A DNA stretch of 64,000 nucleotides, taken from positions 111,724,001 through 111,788,000 of the forward strand of contig JAGIQG010000001.1 in assembly GCA_024679065.1 (NCBI GenBank), read 5' to 3'. The notes under the pieces are model-generated. The model was given only the letters and a program-made list of their open reading frames with translations. It was not told the DNA's origin and searched no databases. This DNA comes from Sphyrna mokarran (lineage: Eukaryota). Below are positions 26,393 to 40,984 of the stretch, piece after piece; position 1 is the first letter of the stretch, and each line of letters opens with the position of its first letter. Both the position numbers and the translations under genes were made by a program.

Positions 26393-26652
26393 CCAAAAGA
26401 GAAAATGCTGGAAAACCTTGGAGGTCTAGCAGCATCTGTAAGGAGCAAAAAGAGCTGATGTTTTGAGTCCAGATGACCCTTTATCAAAGTTAAAAGGCAT
26501 AGAAAGTGGAGATATTCACATTGTAGGGTGAGGGGATGAAAGATGAGTCATAGACCACAAAAACAAGGGGAAAGGCTGCCCTTGGCAATCCATAGAGAGA
26601 ATAAAAGGTCTGAATGGCCAAACAGCAGAGAGACTGAAATCAGAGGGTAAAC
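26393..26652 (-). mobile_element. PLE-derived 3' terminus (second family)
   Basis: Closely similar to 44968-45225 over about 230 bp. Confidence 0.65.
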
Positions 26653-27719
26653 TATATTTAGCTTCATTAAGCTTTAGTTAGATTTTGATAATGCTATTAC
26701 TTTTTAGGATTCATTGTTGGTCTGCTGCAACACCCATGGATTTTATTGTTAACCATTTGTTAAATAAGTTTGAATTTCTGTTAGTGACACAATGGGCAGC
26801 CAAAGCTATTGGGTATACTTTATGGGATGGCAGTTGTTTGTACAAAACAACACTTAATGGTTTTATGACTTAAAATTTTCTGAGAGTCTGGATTCAGCAG
26901 CTTTGTGTTTGAAGAATGGATAGAAAGTAGTTTGAACTTAAGATAATCCCTCATCTTTAAACAAAACCTATGCGTTGATTTAATTGATTAACTATATCTG
27001 TACGGCAGAACATTTGTATTGGAGAGGAACTCTTCTTTCTGTTCTGACATTATGATAGGAAATGTTATTAACATTAATGCCTTTGGTTCTTGGGACATGG
27101 GTTACATTCTTTCTTGATGGTTCTATATCTAAAGAACTTAACATCTGTTTGCAAAAAAATGCAAACTCTGGAAGCCCAGAGGAAACATTTCTGTTTAGTT
27201 TACATGACTGTAATTAAAGAAGTGAGGTAACACCCTAAAACTTGTATTCTAAGCCAATGGAAGAAGTGCGTTCAGATTATTTGCAACTAAAGGATTCCCT
27301 AATGATGAGAAGTGGAATGAAAATTGGAAAGTTGGAATCTTTGTTGGCACCTTGGTTTCTTGGATATGATTCTTCTGGCCACAGTTCAATATCTCTTCAT
27401 GGATAGAAGGTGAGAAAGAACATTTCCTGTGCTGGCATTGTTGAAGGAATCCTTGAGGGATACAAATCTTCCATCTTGTTTTCATTGCTTTGCATTCAAT
27501 ATATGCAAGACTTGCTGCATAAATTTGAGTTGATTCATAAATACTAATTATTCTCATCTTGTTAGGTCAGGGACAACTGAGGACCCTATTGTTAGATATT
27601 AAGAATTTGGAACTCAATGATTTTAATTAGAAAGTGTTTTATACATCAACACCCATACTGCTAAAAATAAGAGAGATCCAGGATTTTGCCTGAGCAGCAG
27701 AGAAAGATGGTAATATAGT

Positions 27720-28810
27720 TTCAAGTCAGGATAGTGTGTGGCTTGGAGGAATCTTGCAGGTGGTGGTGTTCCCATGTATCTGCTGTCCTGGTATTTCTAA
27801 AGGGTTGCAGGTTGGAAGCTGTGAAAGAAGGATTTTTGATGAGTTTTTGCAGTACACCATGTAGAAGATGTACACTGCTGGCAACATTCATTGTTGGTGG
27901 AGGGAATGAATGTTGAAGATGGCAGGCTGCTTTGCTCTGGATGAAATGCATTTTGTTGGAGCTGTATCCATCCAGCTAAGTGGAGAGTATTTCATAAGAC
28001 CTCTGACTTCTGTATGTAGATAATGGAGTCAGGCGTTCAATTACTCAACTCAAAATTCTAAGCTTCTGACCTGCTTTTGTAGCCACATTATTTATGTGGT
28101 TGGTCAGTTCAGTTCAAATGTAACCCCAAGGATGTTAATGGTGGGGAATACATCAATGGTAATGCAATTGAATGACAAAAGGAGAATGGCTATATTTTCT
28201 CTTGTTGGAGGGAAGGCCTTTGATGAAACTTTGAATATGGTTGGCTCTAGAATATAAGCTTAAGAAACTTGGGCAGCAATGTCATGGAGCTCCATCAACC
28301 ACACCCTTTTTTTGTGCTAAGTATGAGCCAAACCAATGGAGAGTTTTCTCCCTGATTTCCATTGACTTCAGTTTTGCTATAGTTCCCTGATGCCATACTC
28401 ACTCAAATGCAGTCACCCTCACCTCTGAAGTTCAGCTCTTTTGCCCGTATATAGACCAAGACTGTGATGAGGTCAGGAGCTGACTGGTCCTGATGGAACC
28501 CTAACTGAGTGTTTGTCAGCTGATTATTGTTGAGCATGTACCAGATGATAGAACTATCAATGACACTTTCACCATTTTGCTGATGATTAAGCACAGACTG
28601 ATGATAGGCTGGGTTGGATTTGTCCTGATTTTTGTGTATGAGATATATCTGGGCAATTTTATGTGTTGTCAGATAAAAGCCAGTGTTGTAGCTGTGCTGG
28701 AACAGCCTGGTCAGGCACACAGCTTGTTCTAGAGCACAAGTCTTCAATGCTATTGCTGTAATGTTGTCAGGGTTTACACACTTTGCAGGGTCCAGTAACT
28801 TCAGCAATTT
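27720..28810 (-). mobile_element. Old CR1/L3-clade LINE remnant
   Basis: PDNITAIALKTCA.E..LTRLFQHSYNTG..HKNQDKSNPAY..NTQLGFHQDQSAPDLIT in ORF 28403..28807. Confidence 0.8.
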
Positions 28811-28956
28811 TCTTTCTCATTAATTTCGAAAGAAAATAAAATTTGGTCCAACATATAGTAGACAGCCGATTTCTGTCAGCCCATTGTGTGCTATCATCCA
28901 ATTTACCCCCACCATATCACATTGTAAGAACTGTTACTTGGGTATACAGATAAGAG

Positions 28957-29173
28957 GAGTTTTCATGTTCTCCCCGTGTCTGCATGGGTTTCCTCCAGAA
29001 CCTCTAGTTTCTTCCCACAGCCGAAAGACGTGCTAGTTAGGTGCATTGGCCTTGCTAAAATTCTCCCTCAGTGTACCCGAACAGGTGCCGGAGTACGGCG
29101 ACTAGGGGATTTTCACAGTAACTTCATTGCGGTGTTAATGTAAGCCTACTTGTGACATTAATAAATAAACTTA
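28957..29173 (+). mobile_element. 5'-truncated SINE with alternative tail
   Basis: Core plus TTCATTGCGGTGTTAATGTAAGCCTACTTGTGACATTAATAAATAAAC. Confidence 0.8.
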
Positions 29174-30885
29174 AAGAGAAAACTTTGATCACGTAACACT
29201 CTTTTCAGTCTGACAATCTTGAGAGAGGAAATTAATTGAGTCTTTTCAAATTTACACATTTCAATTCCCTGTCTGAATCTTACACAAGTACCCAGAATTT
29301 AGTTGCACGTGCCTTTTGACATCATCTGCAGGATAAAGGAGGAGATAGAATATATTCAAAAGCACCCACAATTTAATGCTGTTGTATTAAGTCTTTAAAG
29401 TCAAAAATAAGCTATAATTAATTAGTTGATTAGAACTACAAAATACGCAACGAGAGATGTGTATTTAATTCCCATCATGACATACTCAGAGTCAAAATCG
29501 AGAGTATAAGGAATAAAATGGCTTATATGCTTGATGGGCTCCAATATCAATTACTCAGCAGCCAAGATTTTAATTAAATATAGGCTGTTGAGATTAGTGA
29601 GCTGTATTCCTGATAGAAAAATGAGTTATTTCCATGACCTGCAAACAGCAGGACATCTAGATGTTAAGATACTCATTCAGATATAATCATTACCATCAGC
29701 GATTGAAGTTGAAAATATGTAACTGTAATGTTTGTCAAAAAGGTTAAGGCAAGTAATTAGTAACTAGCTGCTGTCCTGGTTCGTAACCCTCCACTTGATC
29801 CATGGAGCAATTTGCAGTAGATTTATTGTATCCTTTCTCCAGATGCAGGAATATCAATGAATAACTTCTGCAAAATCTCAATTCAACACGAGTTGGGATT
29901 TTTTGATTTAGAGACAACTAATGTTATTCAAAAATTAGTAGATCTTCCTTGCTGCTGACAGGAATGCAAAAAAGATTTGCTTTTTAAAAATGAAAACTAT
30001 TTGCTGCAAAAGAGAGGTTGTAGAACACAACATGCTCAAAGTACTTATCACTCAGAACAAGCAGTGTTGAATGGCAAAAGGCAACAGTGAAACAGGATGA
30101 AGGTAGTTGGAGCAAATGTTTTCCTAAGTGTAGTTCAGATTTATATTATTATTTTAAAGGTATTGGTCAGTATACTTCAGCACAGTTCAACTCTGGAACA
30201 ATATTTTTCTTTTTCTAAATATACTGTAGAATGAAGAAAGATGACAATAATCCCTGGAAGCCAAAGACATATGCTGAAAGTCTTCATTTAGGGTTGGAAT
30301 TTTCCAATGCTGCTGGAACTGAATGGTGTTTTGGCTGGAACTTCAAATTCTCCGTTCTCATTTGCAGCAGAGCGGACACGGATGAGATTGGAGAATCCAT
30401 TTTGTAATCAAGCTATGCAGCAGTGAACACATGAGAAGGTTGCTCTAATGGAGGAGCAAGGTCTTCCTCACATATAACATATCGTGAATCAAAATCCAGT
30501 GTAAATGTGGACAAAGATGAAAAAAAACTGACATTAAGCCTCAATTTTAACTGGAGATGAGTTCCACACATGCAATGTGGCCAATGTACATGACAAATCA
30601 TCGAACTTTGCAATTTGTGTGGTTTTGGAGATTTTTATCACTTTGGTTAGATCATGACCCTGATATTAACAGGGAGCCAGCGAGTGTGCAAGAAGGATGG
30701 TAGGATAATAAAACCCAGCAAGGCAGATGATGTGGAGGCCCCACTGATCATAATGACAAGGCTTCATTTAAATCATTTGTTGCAGATTTCCACTAATCAG
30801 CCAACTGATTGCCTAGTCGATAAGCAGAAGCAGGAATTAGCAACAGGAGGTCACCACAGCCCGGCAAGTGTGAAGACAATGTCAG

Positions 30886-31160
30886 AATCATAGAATCCCT
30901 ACAGTACAGCAGGAGGTCATTCAGATCATCAAGTCTATACAGGCCACAATCCCAATTTGTACCACTCACAATCCCACCAGACTATAGTCCCGTAACCCAT
31001 TACTCTGCTACTCTCGCTGTCATTAGCATGGCTAATTCATCTAATCTGCACATCTTCGGACATTGGGAGGAAACAGGAGCATCAGGAGGTAATCCACACA
31101 AACACAGACAGAACATGCAAACTCTGCACAGACTGTGATTCAAGGCTGGAATTGAACCAG
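30886..31160 (-). mobile_element. HE1/V-SINE with CR1-type tail
   Basis: Same family, minus strand, with a small internal duplication. Confidence 0.75.
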
Positions 31161-31284
31161 AAAGGAACAACAGGTGAGACAATTAAATGCAAAAGCCTCA
31201 CAGAATACTCTGTCATATGTTTTTTCATAATGACTATCAGTTTAATTTGGCACTTAATTCAAAATGTGAAATTTACTCCTTTTT

Positions 31285-31665
31285 TAATTCATTCATGGAA
31301 CATAGGCATTGCTGGCTGGTCAGCATTTATTGTCCATCCCTAGTTGCCCTTGAACTGAGTGTTTTTCTAGTCCATTTCAGAGAGCAGTTGAAAGTCAACC
31401 ATATTGTTATGGCTCTGGAGTCACATGTAGGCCAGACCTGGTAAGGATAGTAGATTTCCTTCCCTAAAAGAATTTGTGAATCATTTGGCTTTTCTGACAA
31501 TTGACAATGGCTCCATGTTCAGCAATAGTTTCTTAATTCTAGATTGTTTTTATTGAATTCAAATTCCACTATTTGCTGTGGTGGGATTCAGATGGAAGTC
31601 CCAGAAAATTAGCTGAGTTTCTGGATTGATAGTCCAGTGATAGTAGCACTAGGACATCGCCTCCA
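31285..31665 (-). mobile_element. Deu-domain (SacSINE1-like) SINE
   Basis: Full-length match to 15700-15995. Confidence 0.75.
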
Positions 31666-32335
31666 CTAAATTAAATAATTGTTTCAAGTTAAACAAGTTG
31701 GCAACAAATGTTCAGAATGATTTGTCTATCCAGAAGCAACAAATGTGTTGCACAATGCAATATAAAAGATAACTGGAATAAACAGATATAATATTTGGAC
31801 ACGTAACTTAGATTATAATATACCATGAAATAGAATTAACAAGTTTTTTTTCACAGTGCAGTGCCCAGGGGCAAGGAAATAGACTAACAGTGGATTTTTT
31901 TGTGTTAAAATGACATAATAAGGGGCACTAACATATTTAAAAAGTGTTCTCCCAAATCTTTTATTATTTGGCAACGTATAATATAAATTGCATTCTTTGC
32001 AGCACAAAGAAACCAAATATACCAAGGTAAACCAAAATATCCTTTGAAAACTTGAGAAATGTCTAAAAAATATTTTTTGCACTCAAGTCTACTTAATGAT
32101 TCTAAGGCAATATTGCTTCTTTAAAATATGAAGAATACTTGATAAAGATATTCTATTGTAACTGAAAGAAGAGAACTTTTGTGTTTAACATCAATGTAGA
32201 GCTCTTCAAATAGAAAATAGGACAATTCAACAGAAAACAATTTCCATTAAAGAAATTACATTAACTTGAGGGAAATGACCATATTGAAAATGATGCTTCA
32301 TTGTTTCCATGCTTAACACTTAACATCTAACCAGA

Positions 32336-32628
32336 GCGGTGTGGCAGAATGGTGGTTAGCACTGCTGCTTCACAGCTCCAGGAACCTGGGTTCAATTTCC
32401 AGCTTGAATAACTATCTTTGTGGAGTTTGCACATTCTCCTCAAGTTTGCTTGGGTTTCTTCCTACAGTCTAAAGATGTGCAGGTTAGGTTAATTGGCCAT
32501 GCTAAAATTGCCCCTTAGTGTTTTGAGATGCATAGGTTCGAGGGATTAATGGGTAGGACCTATGTGGGATTGTGATCAGTGCAGATTTAATGAGTCAGAT
32601 GGCCTCTTTCTGCACTGTAGGATTTCTA
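32336..32628 (+). mobile_element. HE1/V-SINE with CR1-type tail
   Basis: Same head, core and tail. Confidence 0.8.
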
Positions 32629-35476
32629 TAATCTGAGTTTTAAAAATCTTCTTTTGCATAAAGATAATTCTTATGGCAACTTACATAATGTGAAAGTGTA
32701 TTCCAGCTTGACTAAGCATTAAGACAATTCCATTGTCAAGTAAATGTGCTGAAAATTTTATTATTGTACATAACAGAGCAAAGTAATAACAGAATTGGTG
32801 GTTTAATGACTTTTGACCTAGAAGCAGTACATTCAGGATTTCTTTAAAATATTCGTGGAATCTGCACTTGGTTTTAAGAATGTTTGAAAGGTGTTTTTAA
32901 GGGTTGTAAAGGTATCAATTGTAGTGTTGATGAATATAATGAAAACTGGCCCATGTGTCCTGAACTGGTGACACTTGACCTGGAATTTAACATGAGAAAG
33001 CTGTTATTCTTACAAGGAGCTGCTTTTGATTTAACCCTCAATTTGTTAACTTAATTTGTTTGGTTATCCGAAAAAAGTACAAGGGAGAGTTAGAAGAAGA
33101 AGTCGACCATCTTTCAGATGCAAGAGCTTTTGGAGGCACTGCCCAAGCTGGCTAATAAGATCTAAAAACAGTTCCAAGACTCTAAACAGTTGGGTGTTTT
33201 ATCAGAAGGGCCCAAACTGTGAAGGGACTCTGGAAAGCTGCAGCATCCGGAGTACTGTGACCTGAGGGAAAGAGGATCTGTACATGTATGCCTTACTGTT
33301 GATAATCAGCCTCATGAAAATCCTGAGCTACACCACGTGAATAAAGAACAGCAATAATAGAGCAGTAGCTACATACTGCTTGTGGGGAGCGATGCAGGTG
33401 CTTGTGGTTATATAGGATATATATTTGTTGCATCTACTATTTAAAGTGAACTTTACCCTTTCATTTGCAGCATATTCGTCTGTTAATTCATTAATTACAT
33501 TGGTTCTGATTCATGTTCAAATAAAATGTACAAAAAATGAATCCTTATTGGTAATTTCATTTGGTGATCGTTCTTTAAACTTGGTTACTTTGTTTTAGGG
33601 TTTCCCCATTGGGATCAGAACAATGGCAATGTCCAAGTTTAGTTCAGACAATGGAGTGAAATGATAATGGAGTGAGGTGGGAACAATATTTCCATAATGA
33701 GCATTTCATAAGAATGGAAATTAAGAACAGAGGGAAAAATTGTTCAAAACAGTTTAATTAAAAGTATAAGTTGATAAAGATGAGAATTCATAACTACTGT
33801 TTTCCATAAAATTAGAATGACCGTCCTTGAAGAGATAATGGTTTCGCTTGTTGACTCAGACAAGCAATCATCAGTGATTTCAAGGAACTCACTTGAGCTC
33901 ATAATGTAAGAAGCTGAGGCAGCATTGGAGGCAAGTTATGGCAGCGGAACAAGAGCAGCACAAAACAAATTACTGTGCCAGAAGCTTTTTTGGAAAATTA
34001 ACATATAACATTGACCAAATTACATTCCCGAATAAAGCAACATGTGATTTAGGAATTGCTTGCTTCTGATGGATATGTCTAGGCTTTGAATCTTTGGAGA
34101 GAATTTGAGTGCAAGGATGTGCGGGTTAGATTGATTGGTCATGCTAAATTGCTCCTTTGTGTTTTGGGATGCGTAGGTTAGAGAGATTGCAGGGATAGAG
34201 CCTGGATGGGATTGTTATTGGTTCAGACTCGATGGGCTAAATGACCTCCTTCTGCACTGTAAATCTTTTGATTCTTATGAAATGGATAGGTTTTGTTTGG
34301 TTGGGAAGATAAACAACTAAAGACCTGTAACAGGAGCACAACTTACTACTTCAGTTCTTAAGAGACAGGACAAGCAATGGGTGACAGAATTTTCAGATCT
34401 GTTTCTCATTCCCTACTTACAGACTAATATCAAAATCATTGGTTTTATTTCCCTTAAAAGATCTTGGATTTATGATAGGATCTAATAGTTCTTCATGCTG
34501 TAGATATCAACCATCAGCCCTGAAAATCCATAGAGTTTCATTGATCTGCATTGGTACTTGATGTGACTTAGTTACATTGGATTCACATGTCCTTGATATT
34601 AACAGGTGGCCTGAAAGTGAGGTCAGAACAAGTAAGGCCAGGAACTTGACATTGGCATTCTTCAAGGCATGGCTTCGTATAAGTTAGTCTTCATTTAATT
34701 TCTGGACAAAACTCAGCATCTGGCCCTTTAAATAACATGATTGACTGCTGGTCTTTTCTTGCAGCTGAACGCTTGATCTTGATGTGTGAATGTGAATGGA
34801 CTTGCATGGTGCAAATTTGGAAAATGACATCATCTCAGGCAGTTTGGCTCTCTGATGTTAGGATAGGACAAATTCAGTTGCTTCTGACTCAAGTTTCTTC
34901 TCAAGCTCAAGTGTAGTCTGGGCCTCATTAGAAGTGGCTAGCATGCATCTTCAAATGAGCTGTTCAGCTTCTGTAATGATGCATGTTCACAGACTTCAGT
35001 AGAAATACAAAAGATATTGATAAATAAAAACTGTACAGAGGCCTGCAGCCCATCCAGCTGTGCTTGTCCCTATATGTCTTTTACATGTCCTTTGCCTAAG
35101 AGAGGACTCCACATGGGATGATTACTGACTCTTACCCCAATTGGTCCCCCAAGACCCCCTTCTGCTTCCATGGCATCATCTCTAACAGTTGTATGGATTA
35201 GAGTTTTAACTTTGCGCAATTTGCAGATAAGCAGCTTTAAACACAATCTGACATTTCCATGACCAAAGGGATTGGAAGATGGTATTAAAGAAAGTGTCAC
35301 GCATCGTGACATTCTGCAGAAATCTGTCGCAAAGGATTCAGCAGTCTGTAGAATTCTTTCCTAACTGGTTTATTTGTTTATATTAAGTATGTGCAACATG
35401 GGTTGTAAATCCCTTAAAGGAGCTTTGACCAGATTGCCAATATGTTTTCTGTGGCAAGTTCAGCTTTATGGTGGCA

Positions 35477-35768
35477 TAGAATCCCTACAGTGCTGAAGAA
35501 GACCATTCGACCATGAGTCTGTACCAATGACAATCCCACTCAGGTCCTACTCCTGTAACCCCATATATTTATCTTGCTAATTCTCCTGACAGTAAGGGGC
35601 AATCTAGCATAGTCACTCAATGTAACTCAACATCTTTGGACTGTGGGAGGAAACTGGAGCACCCAAAAGAAACCCATGCAGACACAGGGAGAATGTGCAA
35701 ATCCACACAGACAGTGATCCGGAATTGAATCCAGGTCTCTGGTGCTATAAGACAGAAGTGCTAACCAC
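35477..35768 (-). mobile_element. HE1/V-SINE with CR1-type tail
   Basis: Same family, minus strand. Confidence 0.8.
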
Positions 35769-36519
35769 ATTGGTTATCAAAAGTACATCTTTATAAATAT
35801 TGCATTTCAAAAAATTCTCTATATTTATTCCACATCCTGTCTTGATTATAGTTTTGATGCTGTCCACCTTCTTTCACTCACTTTACGGACTTCAATGCAG
35901 GGTGTCTTAAGAAAGTATCAAAGAGTACAGAGAAAGAGGGAAGAAATTTCAAAACATGGAGCCAGCATTGACTATGGCAATAATAGAAATTTCATGAATT
36001 TTGCTTTACAAATCACATTTGCAAACTTATTTTTACTTGAGTGGGCATGTCCTTAAGGAAGATATAGCCAATTATAAAAATACTGCTAATATGCATCAAT
36101 AGATCGACTATCACAAAATTTCAGCCTCTTAATGCAATGCCAAGAATCATTTGTGTATGAGATTTATAATAACTATTTTGAATCTACCACATTTCAGAAT
36201 TGATTCATTCATATTGATGGTTATTTTTTAAAATTAAAATATTTTAGACTTACAAACACCAATATCTTAATTATGTAATTAATAGAATCAAGTGGACTTA
36301 AACTAAGCAATAGTAATGTATGAATAGCATATTCTCTCCTGGTTTATTTATATCTTTTAAGTTTTGCCTTATTTTTCCTGCAAGTTCCTTATTCCCTGAT
36401 AAGGAGTATCATCAAAGTGAATTCTGCATTTGAATAGGCAAAAGATAATTTTTCCCTTAGTTAATGCAGGAATGCCAGAACTATGTATTTGGGGTGGCCT
36501 AGAAAATATGGATAAACTT

Positions 36520-38855
36520 TAAGAATATATGAACTGAGAACAGTCAGTGGCCCCTCAAGCCTGCTCCACCATTCAATAAGATCGTGGCTGATCTTCTTGT
36601 GGACTCAGCTCCATTTTCCTGCTCGCTCACCATAACCCTTAATTCCTTTGCTGTTCAAGAATGTATCTATCCTTACTTTAAAAACATTCAATGAGGTAGT
36701 TTCAGCTGTTCTACTGTGCTGGGAATTTCACAGATTCACAACCATTTGCATGAAGAAATTCCTCCTCAACTTAGTCCTAAATCTTGTCCCCTTTATTTTG
36801 AGGCCATGCCCCCTAGTTCTAGTTTCACCTGCCAGTGGACACAACTTCCCTGCTTCTATCTTATCTATTCCCTTCATTATCTTCTATGTTTCTATAAGAT
36901 CTCTGCTCATTCTTCTGAATTCTGCTCAGTCTCTCTGCATAAGCCAAACCTCTCAACTCCAGAATCAACCAAGTAAATCTTCTTTGCATCCCTTCCAGTG
37001 TCAGTATATCTTTCTGAAGGAAGAAGACCAAAACTGTTCACAGTACTCCAGGTGTAGCCTCACCAGCACCTTATAGAGCTGCAATATAACCTTGTTTTTA
37101 AACTCCATCTCTCTAGCAACGAAGACAGAATTCCATTTTCCTTCTTAATTATCTGCTGCATCTGCAAACCAGCTTGTTGTCTTCTTGCACAAGGGCACCC
37201 AGGTCTCTATGTACAGCAGCATGCTGCAATGTTTTACCATTTAAACAGTAGTTTGCTTTATTCCTACCGAAATAGATGACTTCACATTTACCAACATTGT
37301 ATTCCATTTGCCAGACCATTGCCCACTCACTTAGACTATTTATATCCCTTTGCAGAGTTTCAGCATCCTCTGCACATTTTGTTCTGCTATTCATTTTAGT
37401 GTCATCAGCGAATTTTGACTTACTACACTTGGTCCTCAATTCCAAATCATCTATGTAAATCATAAATAGTTGCAATCCCAATATTGATTTCTGAGGCATA
37501 CCACTAGTCACTGATTGCCAACCAGAAAAACACCCATTTTCTCCCATTCTTTGCTTCCTGTTAGTTAGCCAATCCTCTACCCATGCTCATACATTACTTG
37601 TAACACTGTGCACCTTCATCTTATGTAGCAGTCTTTGGTGCGGCACCCTGTCAAATGCCTTTTGAAAATCCAGATATACCACATCCACAGTTTTCCCATT
37701 GCATATATAATGTTCTCAAAGAATTCCACCAAATTAGTCAAACATGACCTTCCTTTCATGAGCCCATGCTGCATCTTACTAATGGGATGATTTATATCCA
37801 GATGTCTTGCTATTTCTTTCTTGATGATAGATTCAAGCATTTTCCCTACTACAGAAGTTAAGCTAATCGGCCTATAGTCACCCACCTTTGGTCTACCTCC
37901 TTCTTTAAATAGTGGTGTCACATTTTCTGTTTTCCAATCTGCGGAAACCACCCCAGAGTCCAGCAAATTTTGGTAAACTACCATTAGTGCATTTCCTATT
38001 TCTCTCACATCTCTTTAAGTCCCCTGGGGTGCATTCCATCAGAACCAAGAGACTTGTCTACCTTTGGTCCCATTAACTTGCCTAACATTACCTCTTTTGT
38101 GATAATGATAGTTTCTAGGTCCTCACCTGTCATAGTTGTCCTGTCGTCAATTTTTGGCATGTTATTTGTGTCTTGCACTGTGAAGAACAACAAAAAATAC
38201 CTGGTCAATGTCTCAGCCATTTTCTCATTTCCAGTTATTACATCCCCCTTCTCATCCTCTAAAGGACAAATATTTATTTCAGCCGTTCTTTTTTGTTTTA
38301 TATATTTGGAGAAAGTTTTGCTTTCTATTTTTATATTCTGAGCTAGTTTACTCTCATAATCCATCTTGTTTTCTTTATAGCTTTATTCGTGGCTTTCTGT
38401 TGATCTTTAAAGGTTTTCTAATCCTCTAGATTCCCACTAATCTTTGCCATTTTGTATGCATTTTCACTCAATTTGATACCCTCCTTTATTTCCTTAGATA
38501 TCCATGGCTCATTATCTCTTTTTCTACAATCTTTCTTATCACTGGTATATAAGTTTGCTAAGCACTGTGAATGATCACTTTGAAAGTCCTCCACTATTCC
38601 TCAATTGTCCCACCATAAAGTTTTTGCTTCCAGACTACCTTAGCCAACACCTCCCTCATCCCTTTGTGGTCTCCTTTGTTTAAGCACAAGACACTGGTAT
38701 TGGATTTTACCTTCTCATACTCCATCTGTATTTAAAATTCAACCATATTGTGATCATTTCTTCTGAGAGAATCCCTAACTGCAAGATCATTAATTATTCC
38801 TGTCTCATGACACAGCACCAGATCTAGGATAGCTTTTCCCTTCTAGGTTCCATTA
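36520..38855 (-). mobile_element. CR1 LINE ORF2 remnant, frameshifted
   Basis: ORF pieces DWKTENVTPLFK.G...GDYRPISLTSVVGKMLESII, QHGLMKGRSCLTNL, WQSVTSGMPQ.SILG, SKFADDTK, WQMEYNVGKC. Confidence 0.95.
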
Positions 38856-39935
38856 CATAATGATGTTAATAAGGGCACACTGTAATTCCTGGGGTGAGAA
38901 TCAATGAGCATAGGTTAGTTGGCAACCCATCCTGATCTTGGCAATGTTTAGTCTGGGAGATTTTAATTTTTGGTATCATTTGCATGTTTTTGGATGGTGA
39001 CCCATCCAAAATTGACAAGCTTGCTGGGAGGTGGGAATTCAATGCTGAGCAACTGTTGCCACCTGGAACTACAGGAACAATTTCTGGATCTCAGGTGACT
39101 CCTGGGAGAGGTGAAGGGCAGGGATCAGCATTGGGAAAGAGTTACTCTCAGGAATTGAAAGGGACCCAGGGTAGGGGAAATTTAAAACTTTCCTCATGGG
39201 GCATTACGCTCCTCCTAGCCTCACAGGCAAAGTGAAACCTAAGTACAGCAAACTTATCCCTTTGGGTCTCTTCTGGACCTACCAGGCTGAAAAGCCACAA
39301 CAGTTTCCCCAAACAGGCCATCAGCCAGAATGGCAGGTGAGGCTTGGCAGTGCCATCAAAGTCCAATCTGCAGATTTAAGGAAGGCCCCTTAAATTCCTG
39401 GGGATGTCTTTCTTGCCTGTTCAGAAGAGCTGGTTAGAATTGTAAACTGTGGGAAGAGAGCAAGTCTCTTGATGAATTGTAATTGTCCCTCTTGCTTTCT
39501 TTCTGTTGTATGGGTAGATTTAAATTGCCCTTTTTGACAAAGCACTTCTTTTTACATATGGCATACACAAAATGCTGCTACAAGCAAACGTAGCACTATT
39601 GCATCATATTACACTGCAATATCTCCATCATTGTGGGGATTTATTGATAAATCCATTACCAGCTATGGTGAGTGGATATTTTAGAAACATCATTGTTTTA
39701 AAAGCTGGATAACATTCATACATTACTGAGCAAATGGAAGTGTTATGTGAGAGAGAGAGAATCCAATGTTTTCCTTGGCAATCTTAAAAGTTTGATCAGT
39801 CCAAGTGCAATGGAACAGAACCTCTTGATTCCTGCCAGTATGACTCAGTTCCCTTGTGGACTAATAAGAGAATGCATGATTTTTCCTGGTCTCCTTAGGA
39901 TTGGATCTATCAGTTAATTGCGAATGAATAATACT

Positions 39936-40282
39936 ATAGAATTCCCACAGTACAGAAGGAGGCCATTCAGTTTTTTGAGTCTGCACTGACTCTCCAAAAA
40001 GCCATCTTACCCAAGCCCACTCTTTTGCCCTATCTCCAGAACCCCACGTATTTACCATGGTTAATCGTCCTAACCTACACATCCTGGGACACTGAGGAGT
40101 AACTTAGCATCACCAATCCACCCAACCTGCACATCTTTGGATTGTGGGTAGAAACCAGAGGAAACACACTCAGACATGGGGAGGATATGCAAACTCCACA
40201 CAATCACTTGAGGCCAGGATCGAACCAGGGACTCTGGCATTGTGAGACAGCAGTGCCAACCACTGTGTCACCATGCTGCCCC
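39936..40282 (-). mobile_element. HE1/V-SINE with CR1-type tail
   Basis: Reverse-complement match to 57428-57752. Confidence 0.85.
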
Positions 40283-40984
40283 AATACTTGAAGCTAAATC
40301 AAGATAAATGAAGAAGAGCAACAATAGATTACTGAAAAAACTTAGTTCAGAAAGAAACATAAATGTAACAATATTTTCCTAAATTTCAGCTTGAATCAGT
40401 TAGCGCAATGGCTTTCTCTCAAGAAGACATTGAGTGTTCCCATGGTGAAATGTAGTCATATTTTCCATATATGATCTAAGCAATAGAATGGAAGATAATT
40501 GTGTTTGTCCCTGGTGGAGTTGTCACATTCGTTTCATATTTATTACATATTTATTATCAAAGCTATGTTTCATTTCTAACTTTCCCATTGAATAACAAAC
40601 AAAATATTCATGTGGGAATAAATGGAAATTTCTAGTCTGGTGCTGAAACTTCCTCGCAATTTGGATCCCTCAGCAGTATAAATGTGAAGTCTCAAGTATT
40701 TGTGTTTGCTACAATGTTCTTCCTACTCCTGTCACTAAGTATCCTCTTGTTCCTTGCTAAAGTGGCTATTCGTCACAAAGCAGTAAAGAGCCAGGAGGGG
40801 AGGTGCAATTCTCCCAGCCCTCTGTGCTGCTCCAGCACCGCAGTTGCCAGGAAACATCAGCTGTGGCCATGCTGCAGGATTCATGCTTGGCATCACAGCC
40901 TCCATGCATCTCCCAAGGTAAGTTTTTTTGGCATCATCAGCTCCGTGCCAATTTCCAACTATCTACCCTGGCCATGCCTTTCTT

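Noticed and set aside
32850-33622. Possible solo LTR ending GGGATCAGAACA with upstream AATAAA
   Set aside because: No 5' TG boundary or TSD could be identified.
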